Shown: positions 16,296-23,925 of the stretch, piece after piece
Numbering within the stretch: the first letter of the stretch is position 1
How the letters are laid out: each line of letters begins with the position of its first letter
DNA from: an uncultured Lachnospiraceae bacterium
Lineage (GTDB): Bacteria > Bacillota > Clostridia > Oscillospirales > CAG-272
Length of the DNA: 32,143 nucleotides
Reading direction: 5' to 3'
NCBI GenBank assembly: GCA_964568705.1
Contig: CAZMRH010000002.1
Coordinates: 1-32,143, forward strand
Program-made: the position numbers and the translations under genes
Notes under the pieces: generated by a model
What the model saw: only the letters and a program-made list of their open reading frames with translations
Told to the model about the DNA's origin: nothing
The model's database searches: none

Positions 16296-17237
16296 ATGAC
16301 GGACAAACGGTATCTGCCGGAAGGCTCACTTCTCGGCACTCAGGAAAACATATTTGCGGTATCTTCGCTTTCAAGGCTTGAGAGCGCGATGGAATACGGA
16401 CGCACCGTCGAGGGCATCGTCACAATGTGCGACTGCACAGCTATGGAGCTGCATGTGCGTATCGGTCAGACGGAGGGCGTGATTCCGAAAAGCGAGGCGG
16501 TTTTCAGTCCCGACGGCTCTCCCGTGAAGGATATCGCACTGATAACGCGTGTCGGCAAACCTGTTGCGGTCAAAATCACGGCGATCACTCACGACCGCGG
16601 CGTACCGAAATTATGGCTTTCGAGGCGTGCGGCGCAAAAGGAATGTTACGAGCAGTACATCACATCACTAAGGTGCGGCGACATAATTCCGGCGAGAGTG
16701 ACGCATCTTGATCCGTTCGGCGCGTTCGTTGACATCGGCTGTGGCATCGTATCACTCCTAAGCGTCGACTGCATCTCCGTATCGCGTATCGCACATCCGT
16801 CCGACCGCCTGTCGCCGGGTGAAGCGATCTCGGCAGTTGTCAAGTCCATTGACCGTGAGAGCGGTCGCATCTACATGAGTCTGCGTGAGCTGCTTGGCAC
16901 ATGGGAGGAAAACGCGGCAATGTTCTCACCTCTCACCACAGTGCGCGGTATCGTCCGTTCAGTCGAAACCTACGGCGTATTCGTCGAACTTACGCCGAAT
17001 CTTGCAGGACTTGCCGAGCGACGCGACGATGTAGAAGCCGGAGATTTTTGCAGCGTTTACATAAAAAATATCATCCCCGAAAGAATGAAGATAAAGCTCG
17101 TCATGATCGACACACACGCCACACCCGTCCCGATGGGGCTGCGGTATTTTGTGGATGTGGATAGGATGCGGCACATAACTTCGTGGCACTACTCACCGCC
17201 ATCCTGCGACAAGATAATCGAGACAGTATTCGAATAA
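16296..17237 (+). CDS. S1 RNA-binding domain protein (three S1-like OB folds)
   Basis: Three segments of the G-x-(I/V)-V-x-V ... G-(A/V)-F-V-(D/E)-(I/L) type: VEGIVTMCD, GDIIPARVTHLDPFGAFVDIG and VRGIVRSVETYGVFVELTP. There is a GGAGG RBS. Confidence 0.75.
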   Translation: MTDKRYLPEGSLLGTQENIFAVSSLSRLESAMEYGRTVEGIVTMCDCTAMELHVRIGQTEGVIPKSEAVFSPDGSPVKDIALITRVGKPVAVKITAITHDRGVPKLWLSRRAAQKECYEQYITSLRCGDIIPARVTHLDPFGAFVDIGCGIVSLLSVDCISVSRIAHPSDRLSPGEAISAVVKSIDRESGRIYMSLRELLGTWEENAAMFSPLTTVRGIVRSVETYGVFVELTPNLAGLAERRDDVEAGDFCSVYIKNIIPERMKIKLVMIDTHATPVPMGLRYFVDVDRMRHITSWHYSPPSCDKIIETVFE

Positions 17238-17252
17238 CAGGTTTACGATACA

Positions 17253-17289
17253 AAAAGTCCCTTCAAAGCAATGCTTTGAAGGGACTTTT
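17253..17289. terminator. Bidirectional intrinsic terminator between the S1 gene and the dockerin gene
   Basis: A perfect 17-bp stem AAAAGTCCCTTCAAAGC / GCTTTGAAGGGACTTTT with loop AAT. Confidence 0.88.
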
Positions 17290-17309
17290 GCATTACTTAA
17301 ACCAACAGA

Positions 17310-19625
17310 TTAAAACTGACTTATTTTTCCGTTCAGGAACAGCTTCAGTCTGAGTGCATCAAGAGAGTTGATCTTGCCATCGCCTGTGACATCAGCGTTT
17401 GCTTTATTGATGGCATCGTCGCCTATCTTACCGTTCAGGTAAAGCTTGAACTTGAGCGCGTCAAGAGAATTGATCTTGCCGTCGCTGTTAAGGTCACCCT
17501 TGACTACTACAACTACGGGTTCCTCAACCTGTGAGTTGACCCATGCGAAGTTTTCATCGCCGACAACGTAGTTATCAAGTCTTCCGTATACACCGAACTT
17601 TCTCCAGATCGGACAAGTTGATGCCGTGTTATCATAAGGAAGATCAAATGCTGCGTTTTCATCGTCTCTGATGACGATCTGTGTGCCGTCGATGTAGATT
17701 GCGCACCATGCTTCAAAGGTTATGGGATCAGCGAAGAAGCGGAGCTGGATGTTGTGCCATTCGCCGACATTCCATGTATAGTTTGCCTTTACTTCCGGAT
17801 AGGATGATCCGTCAGTCGGTCTGATAAATGCATACTGCTCAGTGAAGTTGTAGCCTGCCATGTTGTAAATGGTGTTGCCGCCGCCGAACCAAAAGTAAAT
17901 CTCTGATTTGCCTGAGTTGTCGCTATCGTAATAATTTCCGTCATAACGGAAGTCAAATGACATCGAGAAACCGCTTGTATCAACCCAGGTTTTTACCTGA
18001 TGATAGTTACCTGTGAGAGTGATGTCATTGAGAATCTCAACCTGTCCGCCGCCCTCAGTGGTGACGTAGGTCTCATCTGCATACTGTGTGAATCCGAGAA
18101 CATCCTGAGAGAATTCCTGGCTAGCCATGTCGGAATAGCTGATAAGTGTTCCGGTGTAATCGCCTGTTGCGGGAAGTACCGCGTCAACATATGCGGAGCA
18201 GCCCGAACGTGCGCATGTCCATCTTCCGGTACCCTTTGTGGTAGCGGTAGGAGCTACAAGCGTCGTGTATGATGCGGGATTGTTCCAAGCGTGACCGAGA
18301 GCGGGAGTCTCATTTATTTTTGCAACAGCACCGCAAAGTGCGCAGAACTGGATTGTCGTACCTGTTTCGGTACATTTAGCAGCGATGCCCGGGCTCTGCT
18401 TTCTCATCGGGAAGTGAGTTCCGAGATCAGCGCAGTTGCCAATCTGGACTCTGCGGCCTTCGTACTCACCGCCCGGGAAAAGACCTGTTTCGAAATCGTT
18501 TGAATAGAATGTGGTTGCTCCGTCGTATGACTTCATAACAAGGTTATCCATTACACATTCGCCGTTGTAGGTGTTATCAGAGCCGAAAACAGCCTTCTGA
18601 TCAAACATCGGGAGAGGTCCGCGTGTCCATGTGTATACACAGGTGCCGTCAACGAAAATCTTGGAGGTGTTTCCGTTATCGAAGCAGTTCGCCATGACCT
18701 TTACATGACGGAAGTAGCCGAGTCCTGTTGCGCCCCATGAGAATGATGTGTAGTCATACTCATCGATATCGTAGTAACCGGTGCAGTATACGCCAGCTAA
18801 AGACGTACCGAGGGAGAAACGAACGTTGCCGCTGTGGCCACTGTTGCCCCAGAGTTGGAATACGCATTCGCCGGTATCGCCGGGGATGAGTGCGAGGTCA
18901 AACTCATAGCTAACTGCCATTGCACTGCCGTAAGTACTGTATACGTCCTGCCCAAAGTTTATGTATTCATAGAAATCATCCATCCAGAATACATAGGAAG
19001 TTTCAATAGGCGGTGTCGGATCATCAGGATCATCTCCGCCTGCCTCAACAGCAGTGCGTGTGCCGAGGCCGCTTCCGAACAATGCCGTTGCCGCCGAGCT
19101 GTCCTCAACATCGCATGAAGCGTAAACAGAACCTGCGTTGTTGGCTATAATGAGGTTGTCAAGTGCAAGCTTACCGAAGTCGCTGAACAGGAGCTGATTG
19201 CCTTGTCTCGCGGATATGCCGCCGTTAACCATGTGGATGAGCTGATCATCAATATAGATGGAACCGGCTCCGCCATTAATGACGAACTTAATGTGGTGCC
19301 AGGTGCTCCAACCGAGAGTACCCCAGTTGTAGTTGATTGTGTTTCCATTAATGGAAACATAGGTCGATGCGACCGACATTGGGCCCAGACCGTCAGCCAG
19401 CCAAAGCTCAAACATAGGTGTATTGCCGTCGTTTCCGGTGAAGAGAGCTGCGTCGAACTCGACTACGAGATCGGAAGCCGATGTGGTCTGACCGTGAGTA
19501 AGGTAGCCGTATGCTTCATCAGAGTCCCAGAACCAGCAATATCCGCTGCCGGTTGCCGAAACGCCGATCATACATACGGAAACCAGCATCAGAGTTGCAA
19601 GGAATGCTGCTAAGATTTTTTTCAT
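17310..19625 (-). CDS. Secreted protein with three lectin/LamG-like modules, a Cys-rich insert and a C-terminal dockerin
   Basis: The start is moved to MKKILAAFLATLMLVSVCMIGVSATG (a signal peptide, with a GGAGGA RBS). Three divergent modules share the pattern F(D/E)..L....(F/V).LW....W(H/R)H(I/V)K......(I/F)(Y/V)(I/V)D(D/G)......DN(L/Y)(I/V). The C-terminus has two dockerin segments (GDLNSDGKINSLDALKFKLYLNG and ADVTGDGKINSLDALRLKLFLNG). Confidence 0.85.
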   Translation of the reverse strand: MKKILAAFLATLMLVSVCMIGVSATGSGYCWFWDSDEAYGYLTHGQTTSASDLVVEFDAALFTGNDGNTPMFELWLADGLGPMSVASTYVSINGNTINYNWGTLGWSTWHHIKFVINGGAGSIYIDDQLIHMVNGGISARQGNQLLFSDFGKLALDNLIIANNAGSVYASCDVEDSSAATALFGSGLGTRTAVEAGGDDPDDPTPPIETSYVFWMDDFYEYINFGQDVYSTYGSAMAVSYEFDLALIPGDTGECVFQLWGNSGHSGNVRFSLGTSLAGVYCTGYYDIDEYDYTSFSWGATGLGYFRHVKVMANCFDNGNTSKIFVDGTCVYTWTRGPLPMFDQKAVFGSDNTYNGECVMDNLVMKSYDGATTFYSNDFETGLFPGGEYEGRRVQIGNCADLGTHFPMRKQSPGIAAKCTETGTTIQFCALCGAVAKINETPALGHAWNNPASYTTLVAPTATTKGTGRWTCARSGCSAYVDAVLPATGDYTGTLISYSDMASQEFSQDVLGFTQYADETYVTTEGGGQVEILNDITLTGNYHQVKTWVDTSGFSMSFDFRYDGNYYDSDNSGKSEIYFWFGGGNTIYNMAGYNFTEQYAFIRPTDGSSYPEVKANYTWNVGEWHNIQLRFFADPITFEAWCAIYIDGTQIVIRDDENAAFDLPYDNTASTCPIWRKFGVYGRLDNYVVGDENFAWVNSQVEEPVVVVVKGDLNSDGKINSLDALKFKLYLNGKIGDDAINKANADVTGDGKINSLDALRLKLFLNGKISQF

Positions 19626-19658
19626 TTGAAAAATCCTCCGTAAAAATATTGGTAACTT

Positions 19659-19687
19659 ATTATAACAAATTCCGAAATGATTGTCAA
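19659..19687 (-). promoter_or_regulatory. Perfect consensus sigma-A promoter of the 17310-19625 dockerin gene
   Basis: The minus strand reads TTGACA (plus 19682-19687), a 17-nt spacer, then TATAAT (plus 19659-19664). Confidence 0.7.
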
Positions 19688-19929
19688 CATATTTTGTTCC
19701 TATTTTGTGAAATTTTTCAGTTTGATTCATATTAAATAACTAATTATTAGCATTTTGGCATAAACGACTAAACTAATTAAATAATCAACAAAGTTTGGGA
19801 CCGCTTTTTTGTTAAAATTCACAATACTTCTTTGACATTTAAGTCACGCTGGATTCATTTGTGGTTTTTGTTTCCACTGATATGTGTTTATATCAACGGC
19901 ATAGAAATTCCGCATTTTGCGGTTTGTGG

Positions 19930-20150
19930 GTCAGGCTTCGCCCGACACCTACCCGCTTTTCACGGAAAAGCGGGGGAAAAGGATACAGACCGAGCTCGGC
20001 TTAAAGCAAAAGTATGTCGTCATATATATGTAATATGATTTTCCGAAAAACGTGAAAAGTACGGCTTAAATCCTGACGATTCAAGCCGTACTTCGTAATA
20101 TTCAACCTGTGTGGAAAGTTTTTGCCGAGCTTTTTCAAAAAAGCCGTGTA
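19930..20150 (-). repeat. Modular intergenic repeat, copy 4 (minus orientation, longest copy)
   Basis: The reverse complement reads ACACGGCTTTTTTGAAAAAGCTCGGCAAAAACTTTCC ... GGCTTGAATCGTCAGG ... CACGTTTTTCGGAAAA ... AGGTGTCGGGCGAAGCCTGAC. The last 21 nt (19930-19950) are a perfect inverted match to 24075-24095. Confidence 0.8.
20041..20093 (-). terminator. Intrinsic terminator of the rplK-rplA operon, embedded in repeat copy 4
   Basis: An 11-bp stem AAGTACGGCTT (20057-20067) / AAGCCGTACTT (20083-20093). On the minus strand it is followed by TTCACGTTTTTCGG. Confidence 0.7.
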
Positions 20151-20164
20151 TCCCTGCGTTCTCC

Positions 20165-20857
20165 TCAGCTGAGCTTTGTTCCGTTGATCTTTATGCCGGG
20201 GCCCATCGTGGAAGCGATTACGCAGCTCTTGATGTACTGACCCTTTGCAGCTGCCGGCTTTGCCTTAATAATAGCGCCGAGAAGCGTGTTGAAGTTTTCC
20301 GCGATCTTTTCGGGGCCGAACGATGCCTTGCCGATCGGGCAGTGGATGATGTTGGTCTTGTCGAGACGGTACTCGATCTTACCGGCTTTAGCTTCGTTTA
20401 CCGCACGTGCGACATCCATGGTTACCGTGCCTGCCTTGGGGTTCGGCATAAGTCCCTTGGGACCGAGAATCTTACCGAGACGACCGATAGTACCCATCAT
20501 ATCGGGAGTTGCGATAACAACATCAAATTCAAACCAGTTTTCCTTCTGAATCTTCTCAACGTAATCAACGTCACCGACATAATCAGCGCCTGCATCAAGA
20601 GCTTCCTTAGCACGGTCACCCTTAGCGAACACGAGCGTACGGACAGTCTTACCTGTACCGTTGGGAAGCACTACCGCGCCACGGACCTGCTGGTCAGCAT
20701 GACGTGAGTCAACGCCCAGACGGACGTGAATTTCAATAGTTTCATCAAACTTAGCCTTTGACGTCTTGCATACGAGGTCGATTGCCTCGCTGGGATCATA
20801 GAGCTTTGATTTATCGAACTGCTTTACGCTGTCTACATACTTTTTTCCTTTAAACAT
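20165..20857 (-). CDS. rplA: 50S ribosomal protein L1
   Basis: 230 aa. MFKGKKY...[34 protein letters not shown]...[29 protein letters not shown] is unmistakably L1. Confidence 0.97.
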   Translation of the reverse strand: MFKGKKYVDSVKQFDKSKLYDPSEAIDLVCKTSKAKFDETIEIHVRLGVDSRHADQQVRGAVVLPNGTGKTVRTLVFAKGDRAKEALDAGADYVGDVDYVEKIQKENWFEFDVVIATPDMMGTIGRLGKILGPKGLMPNPKAGTVTMDVARAVNEAKAGKIEYRLDKTNIIHCPIGKASFGPEKIAENFNTLLGAIIKAKPAAAKGQYIKSCVIASTMGPGIKINGTKLS

Positions 20858-20871
20858 TTCTCACACCCTCC

Positions 20872-21297
20872 TTATTCTTCAACGACAACGCCCATGGAGC
20901 GTGCTGTTCCTGCGATCATACGCATAGCCGATTCGACGGAGGCAGCGTTGAGATCCTTCATCTTTGTCTCGGCGATCTGCTTGACCTGTTCCTTGGTGAT
21001 CGTTGCGACTTTGGTCTTGTTAGGTGTGGGTGATGCTGTTTCGATTCCGCATGCCTTCTTGATGAGCACGGGAGCCGGAGGTGTCTTTGTGATGAATGTG
21101 AACGAACGGTCTGCGTAAACAGTGATGACTACGGGGATGATGAGTCCGATGTCATTCTTCGTTCTTTCGTTGAATTCCTTGGTGAAGTTCGGGATCGGTA
21201 CGCCGTACTGACCGAGTGCGGGACCTACAGGCGGCTGAGGTGTAGCCTTACCTGCGGGAAGCTGAAGCTTTACATAGCCTATGATTTTCTTTGCCAT
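20872..21297 (-). CDS. rplK: 50S ribosomal protein L11
   Basis: 141 aa. [33 protein letters not shown]...[10 protein letters not shown] is canonical L11. Confidence 0.97.
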   Translation of the reverse strand: MAKKIIGYVKLQLPAGKATPQPPVGPALGQYGVPIPNFTKEFNERTKNDIGLIIPVVITVYADRSFTFITKTPPAPVLIKKACGIETASPTPNKTKVATITKEQVKQIAETKMKDLNAASVESAMRMIAGTARSMGVVVEE

Positions 21298-21389
21298 AGC
21301 TTTTACCTTTCTTTATGTGGTTTATGACGGAGTGCCTCAAAAATTTGCGCTCCTCCCACCTTGCACCTTAAGGCGGTGCGCTTCGCCGT

Positions 21390-21935
21390 TTATTTTTCAG
21401 AGCGGCGTATCTGCTTCATCTCAAGCTTGATAGGCATATCGCGTCCGATAGTCGAGACGGTGACAGTGACCTCGTTTCCGTCGGGCGATATCTCGGTAAG
21501 CTTACCGCTGTTGCCCACGAAAATTCCATCGATAATGTCAACCATGTCACCCAGTTCGATCTGTACCGCGGGTGCAGTGTGCTCCTCAAAGAGAAGTGCG
21601 CTGACTTCCTCCTCGGTAAGCGGAACGGGCTTTGACCCGGGGCCCACGAAGCCCGTCACGCCGCGGATATTTCTCACGACGTGCCAGCTCTCGTCCGTCA
21701 TTATCATCTTAACAAGGACGTATGACGGGAACAGCTTGCTTTCGACTGCTTTTTCGTCATTGCCGCTACCTTCGGTAACGGTTTCGACGGGAATGTTGAC
21801 CTCAAAAATCAGATGCTCAAGACCTCTGTTCTTGACGATCTTCTCAAGATTTGCCTTAACCTTGTTCTCATAACCCGAATAGGTATGTGCGACATACCAT
21901 CTGGGGCCTGCGTTCATTTCATTAATGTCGCTCAT
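21390..21935 (-). CDS. nusG: Transcription termination/antitermination factor NusG
   Basis: 181 aa with RWYVAHTYSGYENKVKANLE (the NGN domain) and a C-terminal KOW region (GDMVDIIDGIFVGNSGKLTEI). Confidence 0.95.
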   Translation of the reverse strand: MSDINEMNAGPRWYVAHTYSGYENKVKANLEKIVKNRGLEHLIFEVNIPVETVTEGSGNDEKAVESKLFPSYVLVKMIMTDESWHVVRNIRGVTGFVGPGSKPVPLTEEEVSALLFEEHTAPAVQIELGDMVDIIDGIFVGNSGKLTEISPDGNEVTVTVSTIGRDMPIKLEMKQIRRSEK

Positions 21936-21937
21936 AA

Positions 21938-22234
21938 TTAGAATACGTTGATAAGTTCGCTGAGAACATTGATGAATCTCGAAAAGCCGAAGTCAAGGAT
22001 GCCGAGGAACGCGCCGAGTACAACGATGGCCACAAGTACCATTGATGTGTTCGTAACGACGTTCTTCCAGGTTGCCCAGACTATCTTCTTGAGCTCCGCA
22101 CGGCAGCTCTTCAGCCACGCGCCGAAACGGGAGATGAGCGAAGGCTTCTTTACCTTGGGCTTGTCCGACTTGGTAACGGCCTTGTCAGCTTTTACGTCGG
22201 CTTCATCAGTCTTTTTGTTTTCATTGTCAGCCAT
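21938..22234 (-). CDS. secE: Preprotein translocase subunit SecE
   Basis: 98 aa with a Lys-rich N-terminus followed by CRAELKKIVWATWKNVVTNTSMVLVAIVVLGAFLGILD (the SecE signature helix). It sits in the conserved position between rpmG and nusG. Confidence 0.85.
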   Translation of the reverse strand: MADNENKKTDEADVKADKAVTKSDKPKVKKPSLISRFGAWLKSCRAELKKIVWATWKNVVTNTSMVLVAIVVLGAFLGILDFGFSRFINVLSELINVF

Positions 22235-22252
22235 TGCTTTTCTCCTTCGTAA

Positions 22253-22402
22253 TTATTTAGTTTCCTTGTGCAAAGTGTGCTTACGGCAGAAACGACAATA
22301 CTTGTTCATTTCGAGACGATCGGGATCGTTCTTCTTGTTCTTCATCGTGTCGTAATTCCTCTGCTTACATTCGCTGCATGCGAGAGTGATCTTAACTCTC
22401 AT
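22253..22402 (-). CDS. rpmG: 50S ribosomal protein L33
   Basis: The start is moved to the ATG at 22402 (GGAGGTG RBS). [49 protein letters not shown] is a 49-aa zinc-ribbon-type L33. Confidence 0.95.
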   Translation of the reverse strand: MRVKITLACSECKQRNYDTMKNKKNDPDRLEMNKYCRFCRKHTLHKETK

Positions 22403-22511
22403 TCTTCGGCACCTCCTAATAAATTTCAGGTAAACCCTGATGTTTTTGTACCTCCCTCGTGAGGGAAAACGAATAAGCGCAAAAAAATAGCCCTCAATGC
22501 GAGGTATGGTC

Positions 22512-22540
22512 ATTATAGCACAAACGCCGCGGTTTGTCAA
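22512..22540 (-). promoter_or_regulatory. Perfect consensus sigma-A promoter of the rpmG-secE-nusG(-rplKA) cluster
   Basis: The minus strand reads TTGACA, a 17-nt spacer, then TATAAT with an upstream TGc. This would give a leader of about 105 nt to the rpmG ATG. Confidence 0.7.
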
Positions 22541-22572
22541 TACCGGGGGAAAAAATATATTGACTTATCTGT

Positions 22573-22644
22573 GACGGCAAGGTCAACGCGCTTGATCTGT
22601 GCGGAATCAAGCTCATATTCGCGGAAAGGATTAACCGAGCATGA
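22573..22644 (+). pseudogene. 3' relic of a dockerin-encoding gene (second calcium-binding repeat plus stop)
   Basis: The frame reads DGKVNALDLCGIKLIFAERINRA followed by a stop. An in-frame TGA lies at 22561-22563 and there is no start codon. The DNA gacggcaaggtcaacgcgcttgatct resembles gacggaaaggtcaatgcccttgatct at the 3' end of the LRR-dockerin gene (11185-11210). Confidence 0.55.
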
Positions 22645-22657
22645 CAAATATTCACGC

Positions 22658-22690
22658 GGCAGGGTCACATGATCCTGCCACTTTCTTATT
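22658..22690 (+). terminator. Terminator-like hairpin after the dockerin relic
   Basis: GGCAGG (22658-22663) pairs with CCTGCC (22674-22679) and is followed by ACTTTCTTATT. Confidence 0.45.
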
Positions 22691-22888
22691 CCGCTTAATC
22701 ATACTGCGCCGTAAAGGAATGTTCATAGTAATTTAAATCAACGAGACTGACCCTTTATGCCGCGCTTCAGTCTGAAAAAATAAAATGATAAAAACTAATA
22801 ACGAACTGTAAAATTACAGCGGGAACATAACGGAATCAAAAGTCGCTTTATCAGTGATACCGACCGTAAAGGCTCAAATATACAAATT

Positions 22889-22931
22889 AAGGGGAAAATC
22901 GAATATTATGTCTGATTTTCCCCTTTATTTT
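22889..22931. terminator. Strong orphan intrinsic terminator
   Basis: A 12-bp stem AAGGGGAAAATC (22889-22900) / GATTTTCCCCTT (22914-22925) is followed by TATTTTAAATTTTT. There is no CDS upstream on either strand for it to terminate. Confidence 0.7.
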
Positions 22932-22948
22932 AAATTTTTAATTTGTTA

Positions 22949-22977
22949 TTGAATTGTATTCATATCGGTTGTATAAT
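22949..22977 (+). promoter_or_regulatory. Sigma-A-type promoter of the nucleoside hydrolase-like gene
   Basis: TTGAAT, a 17-nt spacer, then TATAAT, about 27 nt upstream of the ATG at 23005. Confidence 0.6.
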
Positions 22978-23004
22978 TATGAAAGTATAATTTTAGGAGG
23001 GAAT

Positions 23005-23925
23005 ATGGAAAACAAGCAGACGAAACGTATCGCGGAGATACTCGCCGATATTAAGTCAAAGCACCGCAAAAAGGTGATAATCGACACCGATGCATACAAC
23101 GAGATGGACGATCAGTTCGCGATAGTCTACGCTCTTTGCGCGAAGGACCGCATGGATGTGCTGTCGATAAACGCCGCGCCTTTCGACAATAACAACTCGG
23201 ACAGCTTCGAGGACGGAATGCTTAAAAGCTACGACGAGATATGCCGCATCACCGCATGCTTTGACGACGGCGACAAAGTACCCGTGTATCACGGAAGCCG
23301 CGTGCCGGTTGAAGTGTCGGGTAAACCTGACGATTCTCCCGCCGCACGCAACATCATCGACACGGCTATGGCATCGGATGAAATTATCTACATACTCGCG
23401 ATAGGCGCTATCACTAACGTCGCGTCCGCGCTCATGCTTGAGCCTGCGATCACCGACAGGATATGCGTCATCTGGCTCGGCGCGACAGACCTTGAATCGG
23501 ATAATCTCGGCGAATTTAACCTTGTGCAGGACTACACTGCCGGTCAGATACTTTTAAACAGCGGCGTTCCGCTCGTACTGTGTCCCGCATGGAGCGTCAC
23601 TTGCGTGCTGACCTGTACTCTTCCCGAGATACTGGAGCTTGAGGGCGTAAGTCCAGCCGCCGATTATCTTTTAAATCTCTCAAAGCGCTGGTGGATCGGC
23701 TCCGGCTGTCTCACAAACTGGTATCGCACGATATGGGATATCGGCGCACCCGCGCTTCTTCTTGCTCCCGACTGCGGCGAGTTTGAGATCGTCCCCGCGC
23801 CCGTCTTTACCGATGCGCGCGTCTACGCCTTCGACAGCACGCGTCACTCGATGATCTACCTTAAGAAGCTCGACCGCGTCAAGGTGTTCGCGGACACATG
23901 GCGGACGATAAGAGGTACACGGTAA
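23005..23925 (+). CDS. Nucleoside hydrolase-like protein
   Basis: The start is moved to MENKQTKRIAEIL (AGGAGGG RBS). The N-terminal KVIIDTDAYNEMDDQFAIVYAL aspartate cluster resembles the calcium/ribose-binding motif of the IU-nucleoside hydrolase superfamily, with non-canonical spacing. Confidence 0.6.
   Translation: MENKQTKRIAEILADIKSKHRKKVIIDTDAYNEMDDQFAIVYALCAKDRMDVLSINAAPFDNNNSDSFEDGMLKSYDEICRITACFDDGDKVPVYHGSRVPVEVSGKPDDSPAARNIIDTAMASDEIIYILAIGAITNVASALMLEPAITDRICVIWLGATDLESDNLGEFNLVQDYTAGQILLNSGVPLVLCPAWSVTCVLTCTLPEILELEGVSPAADYLLNLSKRWWIGSGCLTNWYRTIWDIGAPALLLAPDCGEFEIVPAPVFTDARVYAFDSTRHSMIYLKKLDRVKVFADTWRTIRGTR

Noticed and set aside
17513-19735. Several 60-136-aa ORFs on both strands inside the dockerin protein gene, and the 35 codons upstream of its ATG at 19625
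   Set aside because: The nested ORFs lack an RBS and have biased composition. The upstream extension (19626-19730) runs through the gene's own consensus promoter and RBS.
19832-20038. 68-aa plus-strand ORF (TTG start) in the rplA / dockerin-gene spacer
   Set aside because: It has no RBS and overlaps repeat copy 4 and its hairpins. Its translation is not conserved in the other repeat copies.
20111-20707. 198-aa plus-strand ORF starting with GTG
   Set aside because: It is antisense to rplA. Its start lies in repeat copy 4, which is why the antisense ORFs at 23970, 5823 and 28295 begin with similar peptides (MKVFRQAFF...). That similarity comes from the DNA repeat and not from a conserved peptide.
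21298-21389. Possible L1-binding autoregulatory leader upstream of rplK
   Set aside because: The minus-strand leader contains GGTGGGAGGAGCGC and short hairpins, and L1 autoregulation of the L11 operon is known in E. coli. I cannot verify from memory that this matches the L1 recognition structure, so I left it uncalled.
22691-22760. CGCTTAATC word reminiscent of the ydaO (c-di-AMP) riboswitch
   Set aside because: The other conserved ydaO blocks (GGGGGACCCA, GGGGTGAATC, pseudo-twofold architecture) are absent, and no suitable downstream gene follows before the terminator.
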